The translations under genes were made by a program, and so were the position numbers. DNA of 61,145 bases from Burkholderiaceae bacterium (lineage in GTDB: Bacteria > Pseudomonadota > Gammaproteobacteria > Burkholderiales > WYBJ01), in contig WYBJ01000071.1 of NCBI GenBank assembly GCA_011525945.1, positions 1 to 61,145 of the forward strand, read 5' to 3'. Below, piece after piece: positions 26,033-34,382 of this stretch. Position 1 is the first letter of the stretch, and the number at the start of each line of letters is the position of its first letter. The notes beneath the pieces were generated by a model, which was given only the letters and a program-made list of their open reading frames with translations, was not told where the DNA came from and ran no database searches.

Positions 26033-26050
26033 TACAATCTCGCGTCGAAT
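26033..26050. promoter_or_regulatory. AT-rich inverted repeat (operator-like) in the divergent promoter region between the two lipid operons
   Basis: gattgta-tagg-tacaatc has perfect 7-bp arms. It lies in the 134-bp gap between the divergently transcribed genes starting at 25951 (-) and 26086 (+). It stands out against the GC-rich background. Confidence 0.4.
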
Positions 26051-26085
26051 TTCGGCGGAACCATGAATCTGCGGGCGCGGGGGGT

Positions 26086-27957
26086 GTGTCGTTGCGCGAA
26101 GACAGGAGCAATAAGGCCAAAGAGGAGGCAACCGCTACCGTCAGCGGGATTGCGCTACGCCGAGCAGATTTCTCGACCTTGACCGAAGCGCTCGATTACG
26201 CGGCACAAGGTTGCACCGGCTTCAATTTCTACGACGGCAGGGGCGAGCTCGCCTGCGTTCTGCCGTATCGTGAGCTGCGCGAGGAGGCAATTCGCCTCGC
26301 ACGCCGGCTGGCGGCATTCGACCGTGGCAGTCGCGTCGCGCTCGTGGCGCACACACATCGCGACTTCGCGGTGATGTTTTTTGCCTGCCAGTACGCGGCG
26401 CTCGTACCGGTGCCGTTGGCGGCGGCAATTCACCTCGGCGGGCGCAACGCCTATATCCGGCATCTGCGCGAGCTGGTACGCGATTGCGGCGCCGTGGCCG
26501 CGTTTGCGCCGGCCGATTTCGTCGGGATGCTGCACGAGGCGGCCGGCGATCTCGCCGTGGCGCATGTCGGCACGCTGGAGGATTTCATGGCGCTGCCGGC
26601 AGGCACCGAGCTGCCGGCGCCGCCTGCGGCACACGAGCTCGCCTACCTGCAATACACCTCGGGCAGCACGCGTTTCCCGCGCGGGACGATGATCACGCAG
26701 GCCGCCGCGATGGCGAACCTGGAAGGCATTTTCAACCACGGGTTCGAGATCGCTGCGGACGACCGCTTCTGCTCCTGGCTACCCTTCTATCACGATATGG
26801 GTCTGGTCGGAATCGTGCTCGGCTGCGTCGCCACGCAGCGCTCGGTGGATTATCTCGCGACGCGCGATTTCGCCATGCGACCGCGCCTGTGGCTGAAGCT
26901 CATTGCGCAGAACCGGGGCACCATCTCGTTCAGCCCGCCGTTTGGCTATGCGCTGGCTGCTCGCCGCGTGCGACCGAAGGATGCCGACGGGCTCGATCTG
27001 TCGAGCTGGCGCGTCGCGGGCGTCGGCGCCGAAATGATCCACCCCGAGTGGCTGACGAACTTCGCCGAAGCCTTGGCGCCCGCGCGCTTCGATCCGCGCG
27101 CATTTCTACCCTGCTACGGCATGGCCGAGTGCGCCCTGGCGGTGAGCTTCGTTCCCGTCGGCGGCGGGTTCGAGATCGATTACGTCGATGCCGAGCGCTT
27201 GGCGCGCTCCAATGAGGCGATGCACGCATCCGCTGGCGCCTCGGAGCGGAAACGTTCCGGCTTCGTCAATTGCGGCAAGGCGCTGCCCGGTTTCGAAGTC
27301 GAGATTCGCGATGAAGCGGGCCGCCTCTTGCCCGATCGCCGCTGCGGGCGCATCTTCTTGCGCGGGTCGAGCGTCATGTCGGGTTATTTCGGCAACCCGG
27401 AGGCGAGCCGCGAAGTGCTTTCGGAGGATGGATGGCTCAATACCGGCGACCTCGGTTACCGTGTGGATGGGGCGCTCTACCTTACGGGTCGGGCGAAAGA
27501 CCTGCTGATCATCAACGGGCGCAACGTCTGGCCGCAGGACATCGAGCACCTTGCCGAGCAGCAGCCGGAGCTGCGGGCCACAGATACGTCGGCGTTTTCG
27601 ATCGTGAGCGGCGAGGGTGGTGAGGCCGCGGTACTGGTGGTGCAGTGCCGGGAAATGGACTCGGCCTCGGCGGCCTCGCTCGCGCGCCGCCTGCGCCATT
27701 CGGTCCAGGCCGAGTTGGGTATCGAGTGTCTGGTCGATGTCGTCCCCCCGCACACCCTGCCGCGCACCTCGTCGGGGAAGCTCTCGCGCAGCTCCACGCG
27801 CAAGCAGTTCCTCGAGCGCCACGGCGTCGAGCGTGCAAGCGATCTGGCGTGGATTGGAAAGGGTTTCTGCGCCCATCACGCCAGCGCGGGAGCATCGCCT
27901 GTCAGCGCTCGTGGCGCCGATCAGGAGCCTGGCAGCGCCGGCATCAATGCGACATGA
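26086..27957 (+). CDS. fatty acyl-AMP ligase / acyl-ACP synthetase (adenylate-forming enzyme)
   Basis: Motifs YLQYTSGSTRFPRG, NTGDLGY and LPRTSSGKLSRS. GTG start as given in the track. A GAGGAGG at ~26121 leaves the exact start uncertain. Confidence 0.85.
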   Translation: MSLREDRSNKAKEEATATVSGIALRRADFSTLTEALDYAAQGCTGFNFYDGRGELACVLPYRELREEAIRLARRLAAFDRGSRVALVAHTHRDFAVMFFACQYAALVPVPLAAAIHLGGRNAYIRHLRELVRDCGAVAAFAPADFVGMLHEAAGDLAVAHVGTLEDFMALPAGTELPAPPAAHELAYLQYTSGSTRFPRGTMITQAAAMANLEGIFNHGFEIAADDRFCSWLPFYHDMGLVGIVLGCVATQRSVDYLATRDFAMRPRLWLKLIAQNRGTISFSPPFGYALAARRVRPKDADGLDLSSWRVAGVGAEMIHPEWLTNFAEALAPARFDPRAFLPCYGMAECALAVSFVPVGGGFEIDYVDAERLARSNEAMHASAGASERKRSGFVNCGKALPGFEVEIRDEAGRLLPDRRCGRIFLRGSSVMSGYFGNPEASREVLSEDGWLNTGDLGYRVDGALYLTGRAKDLLIINGRNVWPQDIEHLAEQQPELRATDTSAFSIVSGEGGEAAVLVVQCREMDSASAASLARRLRHSVQAELGIECLVDVVPPHTLPRTSSGKLSRSSTRKQFLERHGVERASDLAWIGKGFCAHHASAGASPVSARGADQEPGSAGINAT

Positions 27958-28181
27958 GGGATAGGGCCGAGGTGGAGGAGGTCGTCCGGCAGGCGTTGCG
28001 TGCCGTGCGCACCGAAGAGGTCGATGTCGGCGCGGGCGATGCTCTCGGGCTTGATTCGACGCAGGCGATGGAGCTCATCATGCAGATCGAAGAACGCCTC
28101 GACATCTCCATCCCGGTCGACACGCTGGCCGACTCGCGCACCTTCGATCAGCTTTGCAGCGGCATCATGCGGCTCGACTAG
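27954..28181 (+). CDS. acyl carrier protein
   Basis: 75 aa, with the phosphopantetheine site in ALGLDSTQAMELIMQIEERL. The ATG overlaps the ligase stop (ATGA 27954-27957). Confidence 0.8.
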   Translation: MRDRAEVEEVVRQALRAVRTEEVDVGAGDALGLDSTQAMELIMQIEERLDISIPVDTLADSRTFDQLCSGIMRLD

Positions 28182-28185
28182 GTAA

Positions 28186-29382
28186 GTGAGTCTGCTCGAC
28201 AAATTCGAGGCACTGCGATCGCTGCAAATGGCGCTGGCGCACGCGGCGAGCGTGCCGGCGGTTGCCACTCCGATGGACGAAGTGCACTCGGCGCGGGAAG
28301 CCACGGTGCAGGGACGCCGATTGTTGCTCGCCGGCAGCAACAACTATCTCGGCCTCACCTTCGATGATGCCTGCCGCGCGGCCGCGATCGCGGCGATCGA
28401 AGCCTACGGTACGGGCAGCACCGGCTCGCGCATGGCCAGCGGCAACTATCGCCTACACCGCGGCCTGGAACGTGCGTTGGCCGATGCGTTCGGTTGGCCG
28501 GCCGGGATTGTCTTCTCGACCGGATACCAGGCGAATCTCGGTACGCTCTCGGCCCTGGGCGGTGCGGGCGATTACCTCCTGGTCGACAGTGACAGCCATG
28601 CCAGCATTCACGACGGCTGTCGCCTGAGCGCGGCGACCACGATCCGCTTTCGCCACAACGATCCGGACAATCTCGACCGGCGGCTCACGCGTCTGGGCGA
28701 CGAGGCCCGGCGCACGCTGATCGTGGTGGAAGCGCTCTACAGCACGCTGGGCGACCGCGCGCCGCTCGATGAGATCGCGGACATCAAGGCGCGCCACGGC
28801 GCCTGGCTGATCGTCGATGAAGCGCATTCGTTCGGCCTGTTCGGTGCCCGCGGGGTGGGATTGTGCGAGGAGCTCGACCTGCTCGATGAGGTCGACTTCA
28901 TCGTCGGCACCTTTTCCAAGAGCCTGGGCGGGGTGGGCGGGTTCTGCGTCAGCCGGCATGCCGAGTTCGAGCTGTTGCGCATGGCAAGCCGCCCCTACAT
29001 CTTCACCGCCTCACCGGCGCCCGCGGTGATCGGCGCCACGCGCGAGGCGCTGCGACGCGTGCTCGCCGGTGCCGACCTGCGGCGGCGCCTCTGGCGGCAC
29101 GCGCATCGCCTGTATGGCGAGCTCGACAAGCTGGGTTTCAGTCTCGGCTCGACAACCCCCGGGCCCATCGTCGCCCTGGTGTACGCCGAGCGCGACACCG
29201 CCATCGCCCATTGGCAGGCGCTGCTCGATGCCGGGATCTACACCAATCTCATGGTGCCGCCTGCGACACCCGGCGGGCTGAGCGTGGTGCGCATAAGCCT
29301 CTCCGCCGCGCACACCGACGAGGACATCGCGTACATTCTACACAGCCTGGAAGCGCTTGCCCCCGCGCGCGTGGCGACTTGA
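28186..29382 (+). CDS. alpha-oxoamine synthase (serine palmitoyltransferase / 8-amino-7-oxononanoate synthase family)
   Basis: Motifs GSNNYLGL, VDEAHSFG and the PLP-lysine motif GTFSKSLGGVGG. The gene starts 4 nt after the ACP stop. Confidence 0.88.
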   Translation: MSLLDKFEALRSLQMALAHAASVPAVATPMDEVHSAREATVQGRRLLLAGSNNYLGLTFDDACRAAAIAAIEAYGTGSTGSRMASGNYRLHRGLERALADAFGWPAGIVFSTGYQANLGTLSALGGAGDYLLVDSDSHASIHDGCRLSAATTIRFRHNDPDNLDRRLTRLGDEARRTLIVVEALYSTLGDRAPLDEIADIKARHGAWLIVDEAHSFGLFGARGVGLCEELDLLDEVDFIVGTFSKSLGGVGGFCVSRHAEFELLRMASRPYIFTASPAPAVIGATREALRRVLAGADLRRRLWRHAHRLYGELDKLGFSLGSTTPGPIVALVYAERDTAIAHWQALLDAGIYTNLMVPPATPGGLSVVRISLSAAHTDEDIAYILHSLEALAPARVAT

Positions 29383-29421
29383 AGCAATCGATGCGATCCG
29401 GCTTTGCGCAATTCGCGGTGC

Positions 29422-30186
29422 TCACCGGCCTTGCCAGCGGGGCTTGCGCCGTTCTTTGAACGCGATCGCGCCTTCCTTGGCGTCCTCGCTCGCATAAAGA
29501 GGCGCACACACCTGCTTGCCGACTTCGAGCGCGGCATCCAGGCCCATATTCATCGCGTGCCGTACCACCTGACGCACCGCGATTACGGAGAGCGGCGCGC
29601 ATTGGACGATCTCGTCGGCGATCGCAAGCGACGCCTCGATCAGATCGGCGCGCGCGACGATGCGGTTGACGAAGCCGATCTCGTAGGCGCGTTGCGCACT
29701 GATGGTTCTGCCCGTGAGCATCAGTTCGAGCGCGAGCCGGCTGCCGATCATGTGGATGAGCGGCGGCGACCAGGCCACACCGCGTCCGACCTTGGGTTCG
29801 GTGATGCCGAAGGTCGCGCTATCCGCCGCGACGCACAGGTCGCACATCTGCGCAAAGACCCAGCCGCCCGCGATCGCCGCGCCGTTGACTGCGGCGATGA
29901 CGGGTTTGCTCACGTGCATGTTCTCGCCGAGTATGGGTAAGGGGGGCATCGGTTGATCGGCGCGCGCCGCAATCTCCTTCAAGTCGCGGCCGGCCGAGAA
30001 CGCCTTGTCGCCGGCGCCGGTGAGTACCGCCACCCGTAACTGCGGATCGGAATCGAAGCGCTTGAACGCCTCTTCCAGCTGCGTTGCGGTGGCCGTGTTG
30101 ATGGCATTGCGCTGCTCGGGGCGATTGATCGTGATGAGCGCGCAAGGACCGCGCGTTTCAAACAGGATCTCGGCTGGGGTCTGCAT
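29422..30186 (-). CDS. enoyl-CoA hydratase/isomerase (crotonase) family protein
   Basis: Begins MQTPAEILFETRGPCALITINRPEQRNA, followed by GDKAFSAGRDLKE and AAVNGAAIAGG. AGGAG RBS before the ATG at 30186. Confidence 0.85.
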   Translation of the reverse strand: MQTPAEILFETRGPCALITINRPEQRNAINTATATQLEEAFKRFDSDPQLRVAVLTGAGDKAFSAGRDLKEIAARADQPMPPLPILGENMHVSKPVIAAVNGAAIAGGWVFAQMCDLCVAADSATFGITEPKVGRGVAWSPPLIHMIGSRLALELMLTGRTISAQRAYEIGFVNRIVARADLIEASLAIADEIVQCAPLSVIAVRQVVRHAMNMGLDAALEVGKQVCAPLYASEDAKEGAIAFKERRKPRWQGR

Positions 30187-30752
30187 GCGGGTGCTCCTTT
30201 CGCGACGTGTTTGCCCCGCAATGGTACACACGATCGCCGGTGCACCCCTGTCGGGATCGGTTATGCGGACCCGACCAGCGCCAAGCGCTTGGCTGCACGG
30301 AGCATCCGCGTTTGTCACCCGGTCGAGCTCAGCGACGTCCCTCGCCATGGGTGATCTTCCTGGCATATGCCGCGCCTGAACCGTCAAGGGACGAAATAGC
30401 GATGCGGCGGTGCGCAAGGACGTGCGCCGCGCCGATCGCTTCGGCTTGCCCGTACGAACCAACCCTGGTAGCGCCGGCTTCGCGAGTAGGCGTACGATCC
30501 GCTCGACGACGCGTTACGCTGCGGCCGTAGTTCATACATCTCCCTTGGTCCGGGTTTGCACCCTGCCCGCGACGTTTTGCGCACCACTGCTCGCGCAAGT
30601 CAAATCGTTGTCGTTGTCGCGCCTGTAATCCGGCCTGGCTTGGTGCATCCATGCTAGGCAACGCGTGATTGGCACCTGCGTGTCTCGCCCCCAAAGCGAG
30701 CGGCGGGGCATCGCGTGAGACGGGTGGATCGATCGCCAGTCGAGGAGGACGC

Positions 30753-31673
30753 ATGCAGCGCTTCATCGCGATCCGGTTCTTACAGAGCCTGCTCGCCTTG
30801 TGGGTGATGAGCATCATCGTGTTCGGTCTGGCGCGCTTGAGTGGTAATCCGCTCGAGGTGATGCTGCCGATCGAGGCCACAAAAGAAGATTACGCTCGTT
30901 TGGAAAAGTACTGGGGCCTCGACAGGCCTCTGCACGAGCAGTACTTCGTCTTCATCAAGAAGGCGCTGCACGGTGATTTCGGCGACTCGCTCAAATACCA
31001 GGGAAGATCGGCGATGGAACTGGTCACCGAACGCCTGCCCGCCACGCTGGAGCTCGCCGGCTTCGCCTTGCTTGTCAGCATTGTTGTCGCCCTACCTATC
31101 GGGGTGCTGGCGGCGGCGGCGAAAGACGGCAAGTGGGACACCGGCGCCAAGATCGTGGCGCTGCTGGGTCAATCGTTGCCCAGCTTCTGGTTGGGGATCA
31201 TGCTGATGTGGATCTTCGCCGTGATGCTCGATTGGCTGCCCTCGTCCGGGCGCAGCGGATGGAAGAACCTCATTCTTCCTGGCATCACGCTCGGTTGGTT
31301 CCAGGTCGCCGTCATCATGCGCCTGGTGCGCTCGTCGATGCTCGAGGTGATGGACAGCGAGTTCGTGAAGCTGGCGCGTGTCAAGGGCATTTCCGAGTCG
31401 AAAGTGATCTGGAAGCACTGCCTGCGTAACGCCGGAATCGCACCGCTTACCTACTTCGCGATCATCGCCGGCGGGCTACTCACCGGCTCCGTGGTGACCG
31501 AGACCGTGTTCACGTGGCCGGGCGTGGGGCTGCTGGTCGTCGACGCCGTGCGCTCGCGCGACTTTCAGGTGGTGCAGGCGGTGGTGATCCTGTTCGCTGG
31601 CATCTTCATCCTGTGCAACCTGCTGGTCGACATCATGTACGCATATCTCGACCCGCGCATCCGCTACCAATGA
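30753..31673 (+). CDS. ABC transporter permease (Dpp/Opp peptide/nickel type, DppB-like)
   Basis: Begins MQRFIAIRFLQSLLALWVMSIIVFGL and ends LVDIMYAYLDPRIRY. GAGGAGG RBS. Confidence 0.88.
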   Translation: MQRFIAIRFLQSLLALWVMSIIVFGLARLSGNPLEVMLPIEATKEDYARLEKYWGLDRPLHEQYFVFIKKALHGDFGDSLKYQGRSAMELVTERLPATLELAGFALLVSIVVALPIGVLAAAAKDGKWDTGAKIVALLGQSLPSFWLGIMLMWIFAVMLDWLPSSGRSGWKNLILPGITLGWFQVAVIMRLVRSSMLEVMDSEFVKLARVKGISESKVIWKHCLRNAGIAPLTYFAIIAGGLLTGSVVTETVFTWPGVGLLVVDAVRSRDFQVVQAVVILFAGIFILCNLLVDIMYAYLDPRIRYQ

Positions 31674-31700
31674 GTGCGGGCAGACAAAGGAGATTGATCC

Positions 31701-32597
31701 ATGCCGCTGCAGTCGACCCGGACAATGCCCTGGTATGCGATCCCCTGGGTAACCGAGGGGTGGGCCAGGTTCAAGCGCTACCCCTTGTTCGCGCTTGCGA
31801 TTCTGCTCTTCCTGCTCGTCATTCCGGCCGTCTTCGCGCCGTGGGTGGCGCCGCACGATCCGTTCATGGGATCGCTCTCGCACAGGCTGACTCCGCCGGT
31901 GTGGCAAGACGGCGGCAGTATGGGGCACATCCTCGGCACCGACAAACTCGGACGCGACATCCTCTCGCGCATCATCTACGGTGCGCGCGTCTCGCTCACG
32001 GTGTCGCTGATCGCGATCTTCGTCGGCGGCATCATCGGTACCGTGCTGGGGTTGATATCGGGCTATTTCGGCGGATGGACCGACTCGGTGATCATGCGCC
32101 TAGTGGACATATCGCTGGCGCTGCCGACCATCCTGCTCGCCCTGGTGCTGGTCGCCGCGGTAGGCCCGAGCTTCGGCACGGTCATTACGGTGCTGATCGT
32201 GCTGCTTTGGGCACGCTATGCACGCCTGGTGCGCGGCGAGGCGCTCGCCATCAAGGAGCTCGACTTCATCGCGCGCGCGCGCGTGGCCGGCGCCTCGCAC
32301 GCTCGCATCATGTATCGCTACCTTTTCCCCAACGTGGTCAATTCCCTGATCGTCCTGGCCACGCTGCAAGTGGGTTACGTCATCCTGCTCGAGTCGTCGC
32401 TGAGTTTCCTAGGCGCCGGGTTGCCGCGTGCCGAGCCGGCGTGGGGCGTCATGGTTTCGGACGGCCGGGAGTTGATTGTCACGTCATGGTGGGTGTCGAT
32501 GTTCCCCGGCATCGCCATCATGCTGACGGTGTTGGCGTTAAACCTGCTGGGCGACTGGCTGCGGGATCACCTCGATCCCAAGCTGCGAAATCTGTAG
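31701..32597 (+). CDS. ABC transporter permease (DppC-like)
   Basis: Motifs HILGTDKLGRDILSRIIYGARVSL and LNLLGDWLRDHLDPKLR. Confidence 0.88.
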   Translation: MPLQSTRTMPWYAIPWVTEGWARFKRYPLFALAILLFLLVIPAVFAPWVAPHDPFMGSLSHRLTPPVWQDGGSMGHILGTDKLGRDILSRIIYGARVSLTVSLIAIFVGGIIGTVLGLISGYFGGWTDSVIMRLVDISLALPTILLALVLVAAVGPSFGTVITVLIVLLWARYARLVRGEALAIKELDFIARARVAGASHARIMYRYLFPNVVNSLIVLATLQVGYVILLESSLSFLGAGLPRAEPAWGVMVSDGRELIVTSWWVSMFPGIAIMLTVLALNLLGDWLRDHLDPKLRNL

Positions 32598-32627
32598 CGC
32601 AACACTCACGAGACGGAGGAGGTCGCT

Positions 32628-34241
32628 ATGAAATCGAAAGTCATTTCGCTGTTCGCGGGTCTGCTGATGGCGGCGCTGGCGGTCCTCGCCACCGTCGTGC
32701 CCGACAGCATCCAGGCGGCAACGATCAAGCGCCTGATTTTCGCTTCGGCAGGGTTTCACGAGAGTAACCATTTCTGGACGATTTCGCGTCCCGACCATCT
32801 CCAGTTCGAGCCCTTCTGGGAAACATTGGTCGGCATGGATCCCAAGACCGGACACTACATCCCGGCGCTGGCGACGAAGTGGGAGATCAGCCCGGACTTC
32901 AAGGAATGGACCTTCCATCTGCGCAAGGGGGTTCAGTTCCACAATGGTTGGGGCGAATTTACCTCCGCCGATGTCGTGCATAACTACGCGCTGACGATGA
33001 GCAAGGATGCGAGGATGACGCTCGGCCCGTTCTGGCGCACGGTCGCCGAAGTCAAGCCGATCGACAGGTACACCGTCAAGTTCGTTTTCAAGACGCCGGC
33101 GCTGCCGACCAATCTTTATGCCTTCGCGCGCTCCGGGGATCTGCGCATGTCGAGTAAGGCGCAATGGGACAAGGAGGGCATCGCTGGGCTCGACAAGATG
33201 CCGGCGGGGACCGGTCCGTTCCAGTACGTATCACGGCAGACGGGTCTGAACATCGTCTTCAAGCGCAACGCCAAACACTGGTCGGACAACAAGGTCGACT
33301 TCGAAGAGCTCGAATTTCGCATTGCTCGCGAAGAGGCTACGCGCCTTGCCTTGCTGCTCTCGGGCGATGCCCACATCGGAGACCTGCCGCGTGAACTGCA
33401 CAAGGACGCGCTCGCCAAGGGCCTGAAGCGCTTCTCCTCCTCGCTGCCGGTGGACTGGATCTCGGTCTACATGGGCGGGCTGTGGTTCACCACGGGCGAC
33501 AAGAGCTTCGACCCGAAGGCGCCGTTCGTGAACAAGAAGGTGCGCCAAGCCCTCAACATGGCGATCAACCGCAAGGAGTTGCTGAATACGGTGTTCGCCG
33601 GCCGCGCCTCGCTCGCCTACGTGTCGCTCTACGTGCCCGATTCGGAAGGCTGGAATCCCAAGTGGGAGAGCAAGTTCAACGAGCTCTATGCCTTCAACCC
33701 CAAGAAGTCGAGGGAATTGCTGAAGGAGGCCGGTTACGGCCCGAACAATCCGCTCAAGTTCGAGTTCTGGGCCTTCACCGAGCCCGGCGAGTCGGAAGGC
33801 CCCGCGGTCGCCGACGCGCTCGCGATCTACTTCAAGAACGTCGGGGTTGACGCCCAAGTGCAGATGCAGGACTGGGCCAAGATCCGTGCGACCTATCGCA
33901 AGAAGAAGAGCGAGAAAATCATGTGGCCGAACATCATCGGCTGGCGACCCTCGGATATCGGCATCAAGGACTTCTATTCCACCAAGGGCAACAACCACCA
34001 TTACGAGGACGATTTCATCGAGAAGGCCTACGGCCAGGTGGCGAAGTCGACCGACCTGAAGGAACGCGACAGGCTCATGCGCTCGATCGGCGATCACATG
34101 CAAGCGGAATATGCGGACATTCCGTTGTTCTGGTTCCGCAACGAAGTGTTCGCCAGCCCGAAAGTGGTCGCAAGCTGGGTCTACCCGGGGCCGACGGCCG
34201 GCCGCTCGTCGCACTTCGAGCTGGTGAGGCTGGTCAAGTAG
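32628..34241 (+). CDS. ABC transporter substrate-binding protein (family 5, peptide/nickel)
   Basis: Signal peptide MKSKVISLFAGLLMAALAVLA. Family-5 length (537 aa). Located inside the transporter operon. Confidence 0.85.
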   Translation: MKSKVISLFAGLLMAALAVLATVVPDSIQAATIKRLIFASAGFHESNHFWTISRPDHLQFEPFWETLVGMDPKTGHYIPALATKWEISPDFKEWTFHLRKGVQFHNGWGEFTSADVVHNYALTMSKDARMTLGPFWRTVAEVKPIDRYTVKFVFKTPALPTNLYAFARSGDLRMSSKAQWDKEGIAGLDKMPAGTGPFQYVSRQTGLNIVFKRNAKHWSDNKVDFEELEFRIAREEATRLALLLSGDAHIGDLPRELHKDALAKGLKRFSSSLPVDWISVYMGGLWFTTGDKSFDPKAPFVNKKVRQALNMAINRKELLNTVFAGRASLAYVSLYVPDSEGWNPKWESKFNELYAFNPKKSRELLKEAGYGPNNPLKFEFWAFTEPGESEGPAVADALAIYFKNVGVDAQVQMQDWAKIRATYRKKKSEKIMWPNIIGWRPSDIGIKDFYSTKGNNHHYEDDFIEKAYGQVAKSTDLKERDRLMRSIGDHMQAEYADIPLFWFRNEVFASPKVVASWVYPGPTAGRSSHFELVRLVK

Positions 34242-34382
34242 GCGCAAACGCCGCCGCAAGGACCGACGTGCCGTCGCTTGCGACCGGGGCGATTCGGTGC
34301 ATGATTCGCGAACCTTCGACCAAGGGCCGGTGGCGCGCTCCCTCGGTACGAGATCGATAGCAACCCGATAAATGGGTAGTGC

